This document shows positions 27,741-36,871 of a DNA stretch of 64,000 nucleotides, piece after piece. Positions within the stretch are counted from its first letter, which is position 1. Each line of letters opens with the position of its first letter. The DNA is from an uncultured virus (IMG/VR IMGVR_UViG_3300008255_000127). Taxonomy: Duplodnaviria > Heunggongvirae > Uroviricota > Caudoviricetes. The DNA is taken from the IMG/VR virus record IMGVR_UViG_3300008255_000127, one strand, 5' to 3'. The notes beneath the pieces were generated by a model. It did not search any database, was not told where the DNA came from, and was given only the letters and a program-made list of their open reading frames with translations. Made by a program: the position numbers and the translations under genes.

Positions 27741-27787
27741 GGCTAAGGCCGGCCCGGAGGCCGGCCTCTGTTCGGAGCCCCCTGGGC

Positions 27788-28507
27788 TCAGCCGTTGGTC
27801 TCGACCTTGTCGGCGTCGAACCAGCCGGCGAGGGCCGCGGGGATGCCGTTGCCGGTGTAGCTCAGGGTGAAGGCGACCGCGTGGCGCAGGAAGTCCATCC
27901 GGCTCTTGAAGCCCAGGGCCTCCCAGGCGGCGTCGAGGGTCGGGACGTCATCCCGGGCGACCCGGAAGGGGAGGGCCATCTGGTCGCTCGAGCTGGTCGT
28001 CTTCCGCTCGATGGCGCCGACCGTGATGTTGCCCTTCAGGGCCTCGCGGATCTTCCAGACGAGGTAGCCGCGGTCCGTGGAGCCCGTGGTGCGCCCGACC
28101 GCGATCTCGTAGGCGCGGCGGAGCTGCTCGACGTTGAGGTGGCGCGGCTTCAGGTTGTCGTCGCCGGCGGCGTAGCGCTGGGCGATCTCCTCGTCGGTCA
28201 GGCCGTCGGTGGGGTCGGCGGTCGCCGCCCGGGTCTTCTGCCGGTCCTCGAAGGCCGCGTCCTCGGCCATCTGCTTCTCGGTCTCGGCGGCCTTCGCCTC
28301 GGCCTCGATGGCGGCCTCGATGGCGTCGGCGATCCGGCGGGCCAGGAAGGTCTTGTTGGGGCTCCGGTTCGGCTCGCAGCCGGCGGCCTCGTAGATTTCG
28401 CGGACGTTGCCCAAGCTCGCGGCCTTGAGGGTCTCGATCAGGTTCTCGCGGTCGGTGGTCTCGAGGGTCGCGCGGGCTCCGGCGAGGGTGATGGCGGTGG
28501 CGGTCAT
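27788..28507 (-). CDS. DNA-binding protein with DUF2924-like helical repeats and C-terminal ribbon-helix-helix
   Basis: LNVEQLRRAYEIAVGRTTGSTDRGYLVWKI and C-terminal LPFRV.RDDV.TLD.AW..LGFKSRMDFLRHAV. AAGGAG RBS. Confidence 0.6.
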   Translation of the reverse strand: MTATAITLAGARATLETTDRENLIETLKAASLGNVREIYEAAGCEPNRSPNKTFLARRIADAIEAAIEAEAKAAETEKQMAEDAAFEDRQKTRAATADPTDGLTDEEIAQRYAAGDDNLKPRHLNVEQLRRAYEIAVGRTTGSTDRGYLVWKIREALKGNITVGAIERKTTSSSDQMALPFRVARDDVPTLDAAWEALGFKSRMDFLRHAVAFTLSYTGNGIPAALAGWFDADKVETNG

Positions 28508-28578
28508 GGCTGGCTCCTTGGTCTGTCCGGGCGCCTCGCCCGGGGTTGGTAGGGGGTCCGTCCCCCTTTGTGTCTACC

Positions 28579-28607
28579 AATATGCCGGAAACCGCGTCCG
28601 GTATCCA
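28579..28607 (-). promoter_or_regulatory. Repeated promoter/operator element, copy 2
   Basis: TGGATA-CCGGAC-N5-TTCCGG-CATATT. Confidence 0.75.
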
Positions 28608-28651
28608 CCCCCTATTCGAGAAAGATGCCCACAATCGACATTCTAGCGGGA

Positions 28652-29523
28652 TTACGCGGACTTACGCTCTGTCGCGCGCGGCCTCGGACGGACGGACATG
28701 ATCAGCTCGGCCACCGGGCCTCGCCCCTGGCCGTTGCGGCTGATGTTGCGGCGCGCCTCCACCGTCTCGAGCGCCACCCCGTCGAGCCCGAACCAGATCT
28801 CGCGGGTCAGCGGGACGTCGGAGTTGTGCGCCACCGCGGTCACGTCGCGCCGAGCGCCGAGGCGCTGGACGAGCGCGCCGACCCGGCGCTGGTCCGGCTC
28901 GAGGAAGCGCGTGCCGTCGTAGCACGTGAAGCTCGACGTCTCGCTGCGCGGGACGTAGGGCGGGTCGAGGTAGACGAAGGCGCCCGAGCCAACATGCTCC
29001 TCGACCACCTCCTCGAAGTCGCCGGCGATGATCCGGCAGTCCTGCAGCACGCGGGCGCAGCGCAGGATGTTCTCGGCGTCGACCGTCCGGGGATTCTTGT
29101 ACCGCCCGAAGGCGACGTTGAACTTCCCGCTCGAGTTGAGGCGGTAGAGGCCGTTGAAGCACGTCCGGTTGAGCCAGAGCAGCCGGGCCGCGCGTTCCAC
29201 CGGCCCCTCGGGGTCGAGCTTGTCGAGGACGTGGTAGTAGGTCTCCTCGTCGTAGCTCCACCGCTCGGCCAGCCGGATCACCGCGTGCGGCGCGTCGCGG
29301 ACCATCTGCCACGCCTCCGCGAGCGCGTCGTGCGGTCGGCCAGGATCACCTCGCCGGTCAGCCGGCCGGCGGCGGCCAGGGCAAAGAAGATCGCCCCGCC
29401 ACCGATGAAGGGCTCGATGTAGATCGGCACCTCCGGCGGCGCGATCTGGAGGATGCGCTCTGCCATCCGGCGCTTGCCGCCGGCCCACTTCAGGAAGGGC
29501 CGGGCCTTGGTCTTCTCGATCAT
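28652..29523 (-). CDS. dam: Dam-family DNA adenine methyltransferase, one frameshift near 29331
   Basis: One frame has PFLKWAGGK and YIEPFIGGGA. The next frame has LNRTCFNGLYR.N..G.FNV.FG and VYLDPPY. A single missing base joins them. Confidence 0.9.
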
Positions 29524-30596
29524 CTCGGTCTGCTCCTGTAGGCGCCCGCGCGGACTCGCTCCACCCGACCCTGGCGCACGAGACGGTGGACCGCCTCCTT
29601 CACCCTGATCCGATCCTCGCCAAGAGCGCGGGCCACCTCGGCGATGCTCATCGTGTCTGCTGCAAGCGCCCGGACGATCCGGTCTCGCAGCGGCGCAGCG
29701 ACGTCAGCATCGGCGTCGGGCAGCGCGTAGACCCCGCGCCCGACCCGGTCGACGATCCCGATCTCCACCGCTGCCTTCAGCCGGGCGAACCCGGTCGTCT
29801 TCCCCACCCCCATCGCGCTGATCAGCTTGCAGGCCGGGGCCGGGCCGTCGGCCAGGGCCTGCAGTGCGCCGGCGCACGCCTCCTCCACCCTGCGGTCTCG
29901 CTCCGCGCGCATCTCCGTCTCGCGGATCGACGCCCGGCGGTCTTCGATGAGGTCGCGGAACACGGGGGGCTCCAGCTCGGGCCGGCGCGGAGGGTCCACC
30001 GCCGGAGGCTCGTACTCGGGCTCGGGCTCGGGGCCGGGCAGCCGGAGGGTTGGCCAGCCCATGATGGTGTCGCGCGCGATCCTCCAGGCGAGCCGCATCA
30101 GGGGGCTGCGGCCACGCTGCAGTCCTCGCCGGCGAAGCTCGGCATCCAGTTCGGCGACGAACTCCTCCGGCAGATCGAGCTGGACCTGCAGATGCCGCCG
30201 GCGCCATTCGAGCACGCCCCTCGGCTGGACCACCCTGCCCTCGTCGCGCCAGACCCTCTCGAAGTGCCGCCGGCGAGAGCGCGCGGCCTCTCGCCGGCGC
30301 TGCCTGTTCGCGGCGGCCCGGATCACGTCGTTCCGGCGGTCTCCGACCCGGCTGGCGGTCACGAAGATCCCCAGCTCGGCGGCCCGCTTCCGGCCGTGCT
30401 CCGTGAGGCTGTAGACCCGGTGGTCGCCGCGCCGCAGCTTCGGACGGTGCTTCGCCCGGGCTGTTCCGGCGACCGAGTCGTAGATCTGCTGGGGGGAGAG
30501 GTCCGGCAGCGCCTTGATGATGTCGGAGGTGTGCATCGCGCCGCCGGCCCGGGCGATCGTCTCGATCACCCGGTCAAGGACCTCCGATCGAGGCAC
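29520..30596 (-). CDS. Multi-domain DNA-binding protein (winged HTH x3 plus RHH-like segment)
   Basis: Wing motifs V.RVGRGVY and VERVRAGAY. Segment QLDLPEEFVAELDAE…RSPLMRLAWRIARDTI. Start position uncertain. Confidence 0.6.
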   Translation of the reverse strand: MPRSEVLDRVIETIARAGGAMHTSDIIKALPDLSPQQIYDSVAGTARAKHRPKLRRGDHRVYSLTEHGRKRAAELGIFVTASRVGDRRNDVIRAAANRQRRREAARSRRRHFERVWRDEGRVVQPRGVLEWRRRHLQVQLDLPEEFVAELDAELRRRGLQRGRSPLMRLAWRIARDTIMGWPTLRLPGPEPEPEYEPPAVDPPRRPELEPPVFRDLIEDRRASIRETEMRAERDRRVEEACAGALQALADGPAPACKLISAMGVGKTTGFARLKAAVEIGIVDRVGRGVYALPDADADVAAPLRDRIVRALAADTMSIAEVARALGEDRIRVKEAVHRLVRQGRVERVRAGAYRSRPR

Positions 30597-30600
30597 CGGC

Positions 30601-31416
30601 TCAGTAGCCGCGCCCGCTCGGCGCCTCGAGCTTCGGAACGCCACGCACCACCAGCCAGCCGTCGCCGAGCGTCTCGCGGAGGTGGGCCACCTGATCGTTC
30701 AGGAGCTGGTGCATCACCTCGGTGAGGTTCTTCGGCGAGATGGCGAAGCGGACGCCGGCGCCCTGCAGGTCGGCCTCGACGCGGACCTCGAGGCGGTATG
30801 TCTTCTCCCAGCCGACGAGCAGCGGGATCTCGACCTCGAAGCTGCGGTCCAGCTCGACGATGCCGCTCTCGGTCTTCTGCCCCCGCTCGACGCGGGTCTT
30901 GAGCACGATCGCCTCGCCCTTGTTGAGGTCGGACGAGTACTCGACGCTCTGGTCGACCGCGAAGCCCTTGACCGCGGCCACCATGCTCTTGGTGACGACG
31001 TCGGCCTTGTGGTCCTCGAGGAAGTTGCGGAAGGCCACGTGGGTGAAGACGCCCTTGCGGAACGCCCCCTTCCAGTCCTCGAAGGCGGTCGAGGGCTCGG
31101 GCACGAGGTCGATCCAGTCGCGGTCGACGCCGCCGTCCTCGGTGGTGCGGTCGTCGATCACCGCGATGAACCGCTCGGCGGTGCAGAAGACGGTGGTCTG
31201 CCCGGGCACCCCGTGGCGGTTGAGGTAGTCGCAGAGGCTGACGACGTCACCCACGGTGTGGACCTTCCGCGGCGGGCGCAGGTCGACGGTGGCGGGCTGG
31301 TAGCCGTCGCGCTTCAGGAAGACGCTGAGCGCGCCGGGCTTGATCGGCTCGCTCGGCGGGCCGGCGGCCTTCGCCAGCTCGGTGATGTGCCCCAGCAGAG
31401 CCTTGATGATCTGCAT
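30601..31416 (-). CDS. DUF2303-like phage protein
   Basis: SLCDYLNR, AVIDD, F..W and FRNFLED pattern, paired with the small upstream gene as in many phages. Confidence 0.6.
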   Translation of the reverse strand: MQIIKALLGHITELAKAAGPPSEPIKPGALSVFLKRDGYQPATVDLRPPRKVHTVGDVVSLCDYLNRHGVPGQTTVFCTAERFIAVIDDRTTEDGGVDRDWIDLVPEPSTAFEDWKGAFRKGVFTHVAFRNFLEDHKADVVTKSMVAAVKGFAVDQSVEYSSDLNKGEAIVLKTRVERGQKTESGIVELDRSFEVEIPLLVGWEKTYRLEVRVEADLQGAGVRFAISPKNLTEVMHQLLNDQVAHLRETLGDGWLVVRGVPKLEAPSGRGY

Positions 31417-31467
31417 CGGTCTCTCGCTCCTTCTCGTTGGTCAGCGAGGTGCGCCCGGCGGCGCTCC

Positions 31468-31818
31468 TCAGTCCTTGCCCCGGCGGATCGGGGTCACGCG
31501 CTCGATGCCCGGCATCTCCTCCTGACGGGGGTCGACGCCGTACTCCTTGGTGCCGAAGCTCGCCTCGTCCGACTCGGTGTTCTGCACCCAGCCGGTGCCG
31601 ACGTCGGTGGTCACCGGCAGCTTGAGCTGGCAGCTCGTCTCCACCTTGACGAACTCGTCGTCGTCGGGGGTCATCTTGATCGTCAGGGTGATGGTGCGGG
31701 TCTTCCCGACCAACTCCTTGTCGCCCATCGTTGCGGCGACCGTCTTCAGGGCGCCCTGGAAGCGCCGCTCGAGCGCCCCCTTGTTGACGGTCAGCAGGTT
31801 CAGGTCCACATCGGCCAT
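31468..31818 (-). CDS. Conserved phage hypothetical protein (DUF2303 partner)
   Basis: Motif GALERRF..AL..V…RTITLTIKM.P…KLP. Confidence 0.6.
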   Translation of the reverse strand: MADVDLNLLTVNKGALERRFQGALKTVAATMGDKELVGKTRTITLTIKMTPDDDEFVKVETSCQLKLPVTTDVGTGWVQNTESDEASFGTKEYGVDPRQEEMPGIERVTPIRRGKD

Positions 31819-31872
31819 CGGTCACCTCTGGGTTTCGGCCTTCGCTCACGTTGCCGGACGCAGCGGCCGGCG

Positions 31873-32091
31873 TCAAGTCACTTCGGACGCGGCCACAGCG
31901 AGCCGATCCAACAGCGCCCCCGACTGTTCGAGGGCGCGCTCCATCATGCGCCGGGCCAGCGAGAGCTGGATCAGCGCGGCGGCGATCTCCTCCGGGCCGG
32001 ACCCGTCTCCGACCAGCTCCGCAGCGCGCGCGAGCGCGTCGCCCTGGTCGGCGAGGTCGCCGGCGATCGTCTCAAGGTCGTCTCGGATCAA
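31873..32091 (-). CDS. Small hypothetical protein
   Basis: 72 aa, coupled to the exonuclease. Confidence 0.5.
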   Translation of the reverse strand: MIRDDLETIAGDLADQGDALARAAELVGDGSGPEEIAAALIQLSLARRMMERALEQSGALLDRLAVAASEVT

Positions 32092-32951
32092 CGCACCACC
32101 TCCTCAAACAGCGCCCGGGCCGGCGCAGGGATGTCGGCGCCGAACTTCTGCAGGCAGAAGGCGACGTAGCTCGGCTGATCCACGAGCCGCGAACCCGAAT
32201 GCTTCCCGAAGCCGAGCCGCAGCCGATCGATCTGGGCCTCGGGCGGGAAGCTCGTCCAGGCGTCCCGGTCGAGATAGAGGTAGTGCGCCCACTCGGCATG
32301 CTCGAAGGCGAGGCAGCGCTCGAATCCGCGCTGGCGCTCGAGCAGCTCGTCGACGCTGTCGGGCAGCACGCCGCGGTCGATCAGCGTCAGGAGCAGCCGG
32401 AGGGTGGCGGCGGCGTCGGCGTCGGCCGAATGCGCCCGGCTCAGGTCGATCCCGAAGTGCCAGCAGACGTCGCCGAGCCGGCGGCTGCGCTTCCCATTCG
32501 GCCCAGGATAGCCGGCACGCTGGAACCACCTGATCCAGATGATCGGGTCGATGACCATCGCCGGGTCGATGAGCGGCCCCTGCCCGATGCGCTCCTGCTC
32601 GGCGTTGATGAACGGCGCGTCGAAGTGAACGGCGTTGTAGCCGACGAGGACCGGCCGGCCCTCGTGCCAGGGGTCAACGCTCTCGAGGTAGTGCCCGGCG
32701 AGGTGGTGGATCAGGCGTTGGGCGACCGCGCGCCACGTCGGCGCCCCCTCCACGTCCTTGTCGCCGATGCCGTGGATCTCAGTCGCCTCCGGCGGGATGG
32801 GGACCTCCGGGTCGACGAGCGTCCTGAATGTCGGGCCGGGCTCGCCGGCCACCGAGTAGGCGGCGCCCAGCTCGACCACCCGGTCCTGGCCGATCTCGAC
32901 CCCGGTCGTCTCGAGGTCGAAGCAGAAGAGGGTCGCGTCGGAGAGCTTCAT
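32088..32951 (-). CDS. DEDDh 3'-5' exonuclease (DNA polymerase III epsilon-like)
   Basis: Motifs FDLETTG, IHGI, VGYNAVHFD and AHSADADA. C-terminal FGKH.G..L…P.Y motif. Confidence 0.92.
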   Translation of the reverse strand: MKLSDATLFCFDLETTGVEIGQDRVVELGAAYSVAGEPGPTFRTLVDPEVPIPPEATEIHGIGDKDVEGAPTWRAVAQRLIHHLAGHYLESVDPWHEGRPVLVGYNAVHFDAPFINAEQERIGQGPLIDPAMVIDPIIWIRWFQRAGYPGPNGKRSRRLGDVCWHFGIDLSRAHSADADAAATLRLLLTLIDRGVLPDSVDELLERQRGFERCLAFEHAEWAHYLYLDRDAWTSFPPEAQIDRLRLGFGKHSGSRLVDQPSYVAFCLQKFGADIPAPARALFEEVVR

Positions 32952-32982
32952 CGTGGCGCTCGCGAGGGTTGCTTCAGCGCCA

Positions 32983-33012
32983 ACCTTACCGGACTCCGCG
33001 CCCGGCATTCAA
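32983..33012 (-). promoter_or_regulatory. Repeated promoter/operator element, copy 3
   Basis: TTGAATG-CCGGGC-N5-GTCCGG-TAAGGT, upstream of the exonuclease operon. Confidence 0.7.
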
Positions 33013-33015
33013 CCC

Positions 33016-33342
33016 CTATGGAGGGGAAATCTGACCTGGGGGGGCCGAGATGGGGCCTCGACCAGCCCGAGAGGCGTCGGCCATCCGAACCGCGTACACG
33101 CGACGCCCACCGTCGATGCTCGCCCCCTCGATCCGAGAGGCAGGCATCGGGTCGATGCTCTGCCCGGGGCCGATCAGCGCCACGGTCCACGTCTCGGTGT
33201 CGCCCGGGTCGTCTGCGAGCACGTCGAGGACGAAGTTGGGTCGCTCGAGCCGAAGGCCCAGCACCTCGGCCCCGACCGGCATCTCAACATCGAACGGCGC
33301 TCCAAAGAGGCGCCCGAGGATGACCTTGGTGACGCTGGCCAT
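33016..33342 (-). CDS. Hypothetical protein
   Basis: 108 aa with a MP.GAEVL motif seen in small phage proteins. Confidence 0.5.
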   Translation of the reverse strand: MASVTKVILGRLFGAPFDVEMPVGAEVLGLRLERPNFVLDVLADDPGDTETWTVALIGPGQSIDPMPASRIEGASIDGGRRVYAVRMADASRAGRGPISAPPGQISPP

Positions 33343-33343
33343 C

Positions 33344-33949
33344 TCAGACCTCCACGAAGGCGTGAACCGTCAGGGTCGCCCGCACCTGCAGCGACTCCCC
33401 GGCCGGGCCGAAGATGTTGTACTCGAGGGTCAGGTCGACGGTCGTCGTGTCGTCGGACACGAAGACCATCTCGCCGTTGCTGTACTCCGCCGGCAGCGCA
33501 TCGCCGAAAAGGAACATCGGCTCGACGCTGCGGGGCGTGGCCTCGACGCTGACTTGGAAGAAGAAGTTACCGGAGAGCGCTCCGGCGTAGTCGCCGGCAA
33601 TCTTGGTCAGATCGATCTTGGTCAGCACCCAGCGCTTGAACGGTACGTTGACGCTGATCGAACTGCTGGTGAATCCGCTGACGTCAGGGCACTCGTCGAA
33701 GTCGCCCTCGAAGGTCATCTCGACGAAGCCGACCGGCTTCGGCGGGTCCACGAGGATGATGCTGCCGTCCGGGTCGGCCACGACGATGGCGAAGAGCGCC
33801 TCGCCGTCGTCGTTGATGAGTGTCTCGATGTAGGTCTTGGTGGCCTCGCCCACCACGACGGACTTGCCGCCGGCGGTCCACTTGTAGACCTCGTAGCCGA
33901 AGGTGGTCGGCCCGCGGCCAGCGATGAGGGTCGCGCTGTAGGTCGCCAC
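33344..33949 (-). CDS. Putative virion/fibre-associated protein
   Basis: Beta-rich 201 aa. N-terminus is paralogous to the next gene. Confidence 0.55.
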   Translation of the reverse strand: MATYSATLIAGRGPTTFGYEVYKWTAGGKSVVVGEATKTYIETLINDDGEALFAIVVADPDGSIILVDPPKPVGFVEMTFEGDFDECPDVSGFTSSSISVNVPFKRWVLTKIDLTKIAGDYAGALSGNFFFQVSVEATPRSVEPMFLFGDALPAEYSNGEMVFVSDDTTTVDLTLEYNIFGPAGESLQVRATLTVHAFVEV

Positions 33950-33966
33950 GGGCCGGCCTCCTCAGA

Positions 33967-35061
33967 TCAGGCGAAGGTGACCTTGGTCATCAGCGGCTTG
34001 CCGGGCTGCGAGATCTGGGTGGACTTGAGCCAGACGTCGCCGGCCAGGAGCGCGGACTTGTCGATGATGTCGAGGACGATCGAGCCCGCGTCGGCCTGCA
34101 TGAGCAGGGAGCCGTTGGACCCGGGCACGTCGTCGCTGAGCGCGGTGCCGGTCACCACGTCCAGCGCCTGCCCGGCCACCGGGTCGGCGGCCACGCAGCC
34201 CCCGGTCAGCAGCTCGCAGAGCACGTCGCCGGCGGCCTCGCTGACCATCAGGGTCGCGCGGATGACGTTGCCGGCCTCGGCACCGAGCGCGGCGGCGATG
34301 GTCATGTGGGCGACCGCGTCGTCTTCGGTCAGGATCGCCTTCCAGGCCCCGCCGAGGCGCAGATAGAAGACGTTGGTGTCGGTCTGGTAGACGATCGTGC
34401 CGTCGTCCACCGCCCCGAGGGCGGTCTTCGCGGCGTCGTCGGCCACCGCCGGGATGGCCAGGGCGCCGGCGGCGAACGCGGCCTCGGTCGCGATCACATG
34501 CCACGCGCCGTTGAGCCGGATCTGATACTCGTCGGTGTCGAGCTGGTAGACGATCGTGCCGTCGTCCACCGCCCCGAGGGCGGCGAGCCCGGCGGCGTCG
34601 GCGACGGTCGGGACCGCGAAGGTGCCGGCGGCGGCGTCGAGCGCGGTGCGCAGCGCCACCCAGGCGCCGCTGTGCCGCAGGTAGAGCACGTCGGTGTCGA
34701 GCTGGTAGACGAGGTCGCCGTCGTGGACGCCGGTGAGCGCCGCGAGCGCGGCGGCGTCGGCGACCCGGGGGACCTGCAGCGGCAGCGGGTTGCTGTCGTC
34801 GGGGGTGCTCTCGAGCAGCTTGCGGGTCTGCTCGCGCTCGGTCGGGCTCAGCCGCGTGCTGTCGGCGTAGTCCGGCGTCTCGATGGTCGCGGCGCCGTCC
34901 TCGACGGCGTAGCTGAACCACCCGGCGCGGTTGGCCAGGAGGTAGGTCTTGGCGTCGTCGCCGATGACCTGGGAGGCGCCGACCTGGGGCCACGACCACT
35001 CCTTGTAGGCGAAGCGATCGACTCCGGCGGCGGCGAGCAGGGTGGCGCGGTGCGTGGCCAT
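33967..35061 (-). CDS. Putative fibre/decoration protein with three internal ~48-aa repeats
   Basis: Three copies of P.VAD.A…AL..V.DG..VYQ.DT…Y.R..GAW. GAGGAG RBS. Confidence 0.65.
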   Translation of the reverse strand: MATHRATLLAAAGVDRFAYKEWSWPQVGASQVIGDDAKTYLLANRAGWFSYAVEDGAATIETPDYADSTRLSPTEREQTRKLLESTPDDSNPLPLQVPRVADAAALAALTGVHDGDLVYQLDTDVLYLRHSGAWVALRTALDAAAGTFAVPTVADAAGLAALGAVDDGTIVYQLDTDEYQIRLNGAWHVIATEAAFAAGALAIPAVADDAAKTALGAVDDGTIVYQTDTNVFYLRLGGAWKAILTEDDAVAHMTIAAALGAEAGNVIRATLMVSEAAGDVLCELLTGGCVAADPVAGQALDVVTGTALSDDVPGSNGSLLMQADAGSIVLDIIDKSALLAGDVWLKSTQISQPGKPLMTKVTFA

Positions 35062-35101
35062 GTTGGACTCCTCGTCGATGTTCCGGGCGCATCATAGCGC
35101 A

Positions 35102-35602
35102 TCAGGGATCGAGCGCGAGTACCTCTTGCGCTCCGCCGGCGTCCAGCTCGCGCCCGTCGAGGACGACGCGCCAGCCGGCGAGCACCAGCATAGCAGCGGC
35201 CCACACCCGATGGCACGCCCCTCGTGCAGCGGAAGCTCTCCCGCACGCGCATGTCAAGGTGTCTCAGTCCTCGACGAGCATCGGAGGCCCGCTCCCCCAG
35301 GGCTGATAGGCGAGCCGGCCGGGCTCGAGCCGCCCGGTGCCCGCCGCAAGAAGCGGTCCAGTGTACGCCTCGCGGTACTCGTCGATCCCGAGCCAGCCCG
35401 CCTTCGCGTCGTCGACCATCTCCGCCGGCGGGGTCAGCGCCTCGACCCGGCCGATGCCGTCCTCCCCGTACTGCGCCCGAGGCTTCGCCATGATGGTGAT
35501 CTGCGACCGCGGGCCGACACAGGCGCGGGTCTCGTCGGTCGCCCGGCCTCGCCGGACCTGCACGACCGATCCGGCGTTGGTGAGGTAGATCGTCGGGGTC
35601 AC
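35102..35602 (-). pseudogene. DUF488-like protein interrupted by an in-frame TGA at 35266-35264
   Basis: The frame continues after ED* as DTLTCACGRASAARGACHRVWAAAML…, a C-x-C…CHR motif. Confidence 0.55.
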
Positions 35603-36183
35603 GCCATCCACGGGATGCGCCTCGCGATCCGAAGCGCCAGCGGCGCGCGCTCGCCCGTTCGGGTGAGGTCGTAGAACATCGCCAGCCACGCCCGGCGAGC
35701 CCGAGCCGCGCGCCAGGGCCGAAGCCGGCGCTCGAGCCCATCGACGCCATCGCCCTCGCCGAGGTGCGGGCCGAACCCACGAAGGTCGCGCTGCTCGGTC
35801 CGCAGCAGGATCAGGTCGGCGCGCTTCACCGGCGGCGCCCGAAGCTCGGAGAACTGGAGGCCGAAGCGCTCGGCGACCGCCCGATCGACGCGCGCCTCCA
35901 CCTCCTTGATCGCCGGCTTCAGCAGCGCCTTCGCCGGACCGATGATGTCGCCGATCCCGAGCCCCTCGTGGGCATCGTGAAGCAGCCCGGCGAGTTGCAG
36001 CGGCCGGGGGAGAAGCCGAGCCACCTCCACCGAATGCTGGGCCACGCTGTAGTGGCTCGGGACGTGCCCTCCGTAGCGGCAGATCATCGCGAGGGCGTGC
36101 GCGATCATCTCCGGGCTGATCGCCTCCGGGTCCGGGGCCGCGAGGTCGAACTCGCGGCCGTTGACCTGCCTGAACCTGCTCAT
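35599..36183 (-). CDS. HD-domain phosphohydrolase (YfbR/YfdR-like nucleotidase)
   Basis: Motifs IAHALA.ICRYGGH, YSVAQHS, LLHDAHE and VKRAD…TEQRDL. Confidence 0.9.
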   Translation of the reverse strand: MSRFRQVNGREFDLAAPDPEAISPEMIAHALAMICRYGGHVPSHYSVAQHSVEVARLLPRPLQLAGLLHDAHEGLGIGDIIGPAKALLKPAIKEVEARVDRAVAERFGLQFSELRAPPVKRADLILLRTEQRDLRGFGPHLGEGDGVDGLERRLRPWRAARARRAWLAMFYDLTRTGERAPLALRIARRIPWMA

Positions 36184-36193
36184 GGGCCTCCTC

Positions 36194-36427
36194 TCAGCAG
36201 CCGGTCAGCTTGACCGCGCTCATGTGGATGCGGGCGCCGGCGCGGGCGGCGAGCTGGACCGCGGCGCGCTTCGCCGCGACCTTGGTGCCGCGGAAGGTGG
36301 TGAAGCGGCCGGTCTTCCCGCAGTCGATGTCGAGGTTCCAGTCGTAGACCGCCGGGGCGGTGGTCAGGCCGAAGCGGCGGTCGGCGGTGATCTGGCGGTG
36401 GGCGTGGGCGGTGGCGGTGGCGGTCAT
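36194..36427 (-). CDS. Small early hypothetical protein
   Basis: 77 aa with a GGGGAG RBS, directly downstream of promoter copy 4. Confidence 0.6.
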   Translation of the reverse strand: MTATATAHAHRQITADRRFGLTTAPAVYDWNLDIDCGKTGRFTTFRGTKVAAKRAAVQLAARAGARIHMSAVKLTGC

Positions 36428-36454
36428 CTTCGTTCTCCCCTTCGTTCTGTCACC

Positions 36455-36483
36455 ACATTACCAGACGCCCCGTCCGGCATCCA
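36455..36483 (-). promoter_or_regulatory. Repeated promoter/operator element, copy 4
   Basis: TGGATG-CCGGAC-N5-GTCTGG-TAATGT. Confidence 0.8.
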
Positions 36484-36520
36484 CCTCTTTCTGCCCGGTT
36501 GATGCAGAAAGTTGGTGGCG

Positions 36521-36700
36521 TCAGGCGACCCGGTAGATCCCCCGGCCGGCCCGCTCGATCGCGCCCTTGCCGAGCAGCCGGTTCATCGCACCCCAGGCGG
36601 CGTTGCGGGTCAGCCCGGTCGCGATGGCGACATCCTTGGTGCGCTGCGCGCCGGCGCGGATCGCCTCGAGGCAGGCCGCCTCGCTGTCGCCGGCCGGCGC
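36521..36700 (-). CDS. Winged-HTH domain fragment (start unclear)
   Basis: LEAIRAGAQRTKDVAIATGLTRNAAWGAMNRLLGKGAIERAGRGIY, closely similar to the C-terminus of 38419..38952. Confidence 0.55.
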   Translation of the reverse strand, partial: APAGDSEAACLEAIRAGAQRTKDVAIATGLTRNAAWGAMNRLLGKGAIERAGRGIYRVA

Positions 36701-36871
36701 CTCATCTCCTCGGCGGGCTCGGGCTGGGCCTCGGGCTCGGGCTGGGCCTCGAGAAGGAGACGGGGCTGCGGCTGCGCATCGACGAGGACGAGCGGCGCAT
36801 CGGGTCAGCGCGCGCGGCTTCCACCGCCAGCCCTGGCCCGAGATCATCGAGATCGAGATCGAGGAGTAGCG

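Noticed and set aside
33967..35061. Diversity-generating retroelement TR/VR pair (near-identical repeats around 34385-34420 and 34545-34580)
   Set aside because: The repeats are in-frame protein repeats within one gene. No reverse transcriptase and no adenine-specific mismatch pattern was seen.
35264..35266. Genome-wide TGA recoding or selenocysteine
   Set aside because: TGA is the normal stop for many coupled genes. This is a single case, at a position better explained by Gly than Cys.
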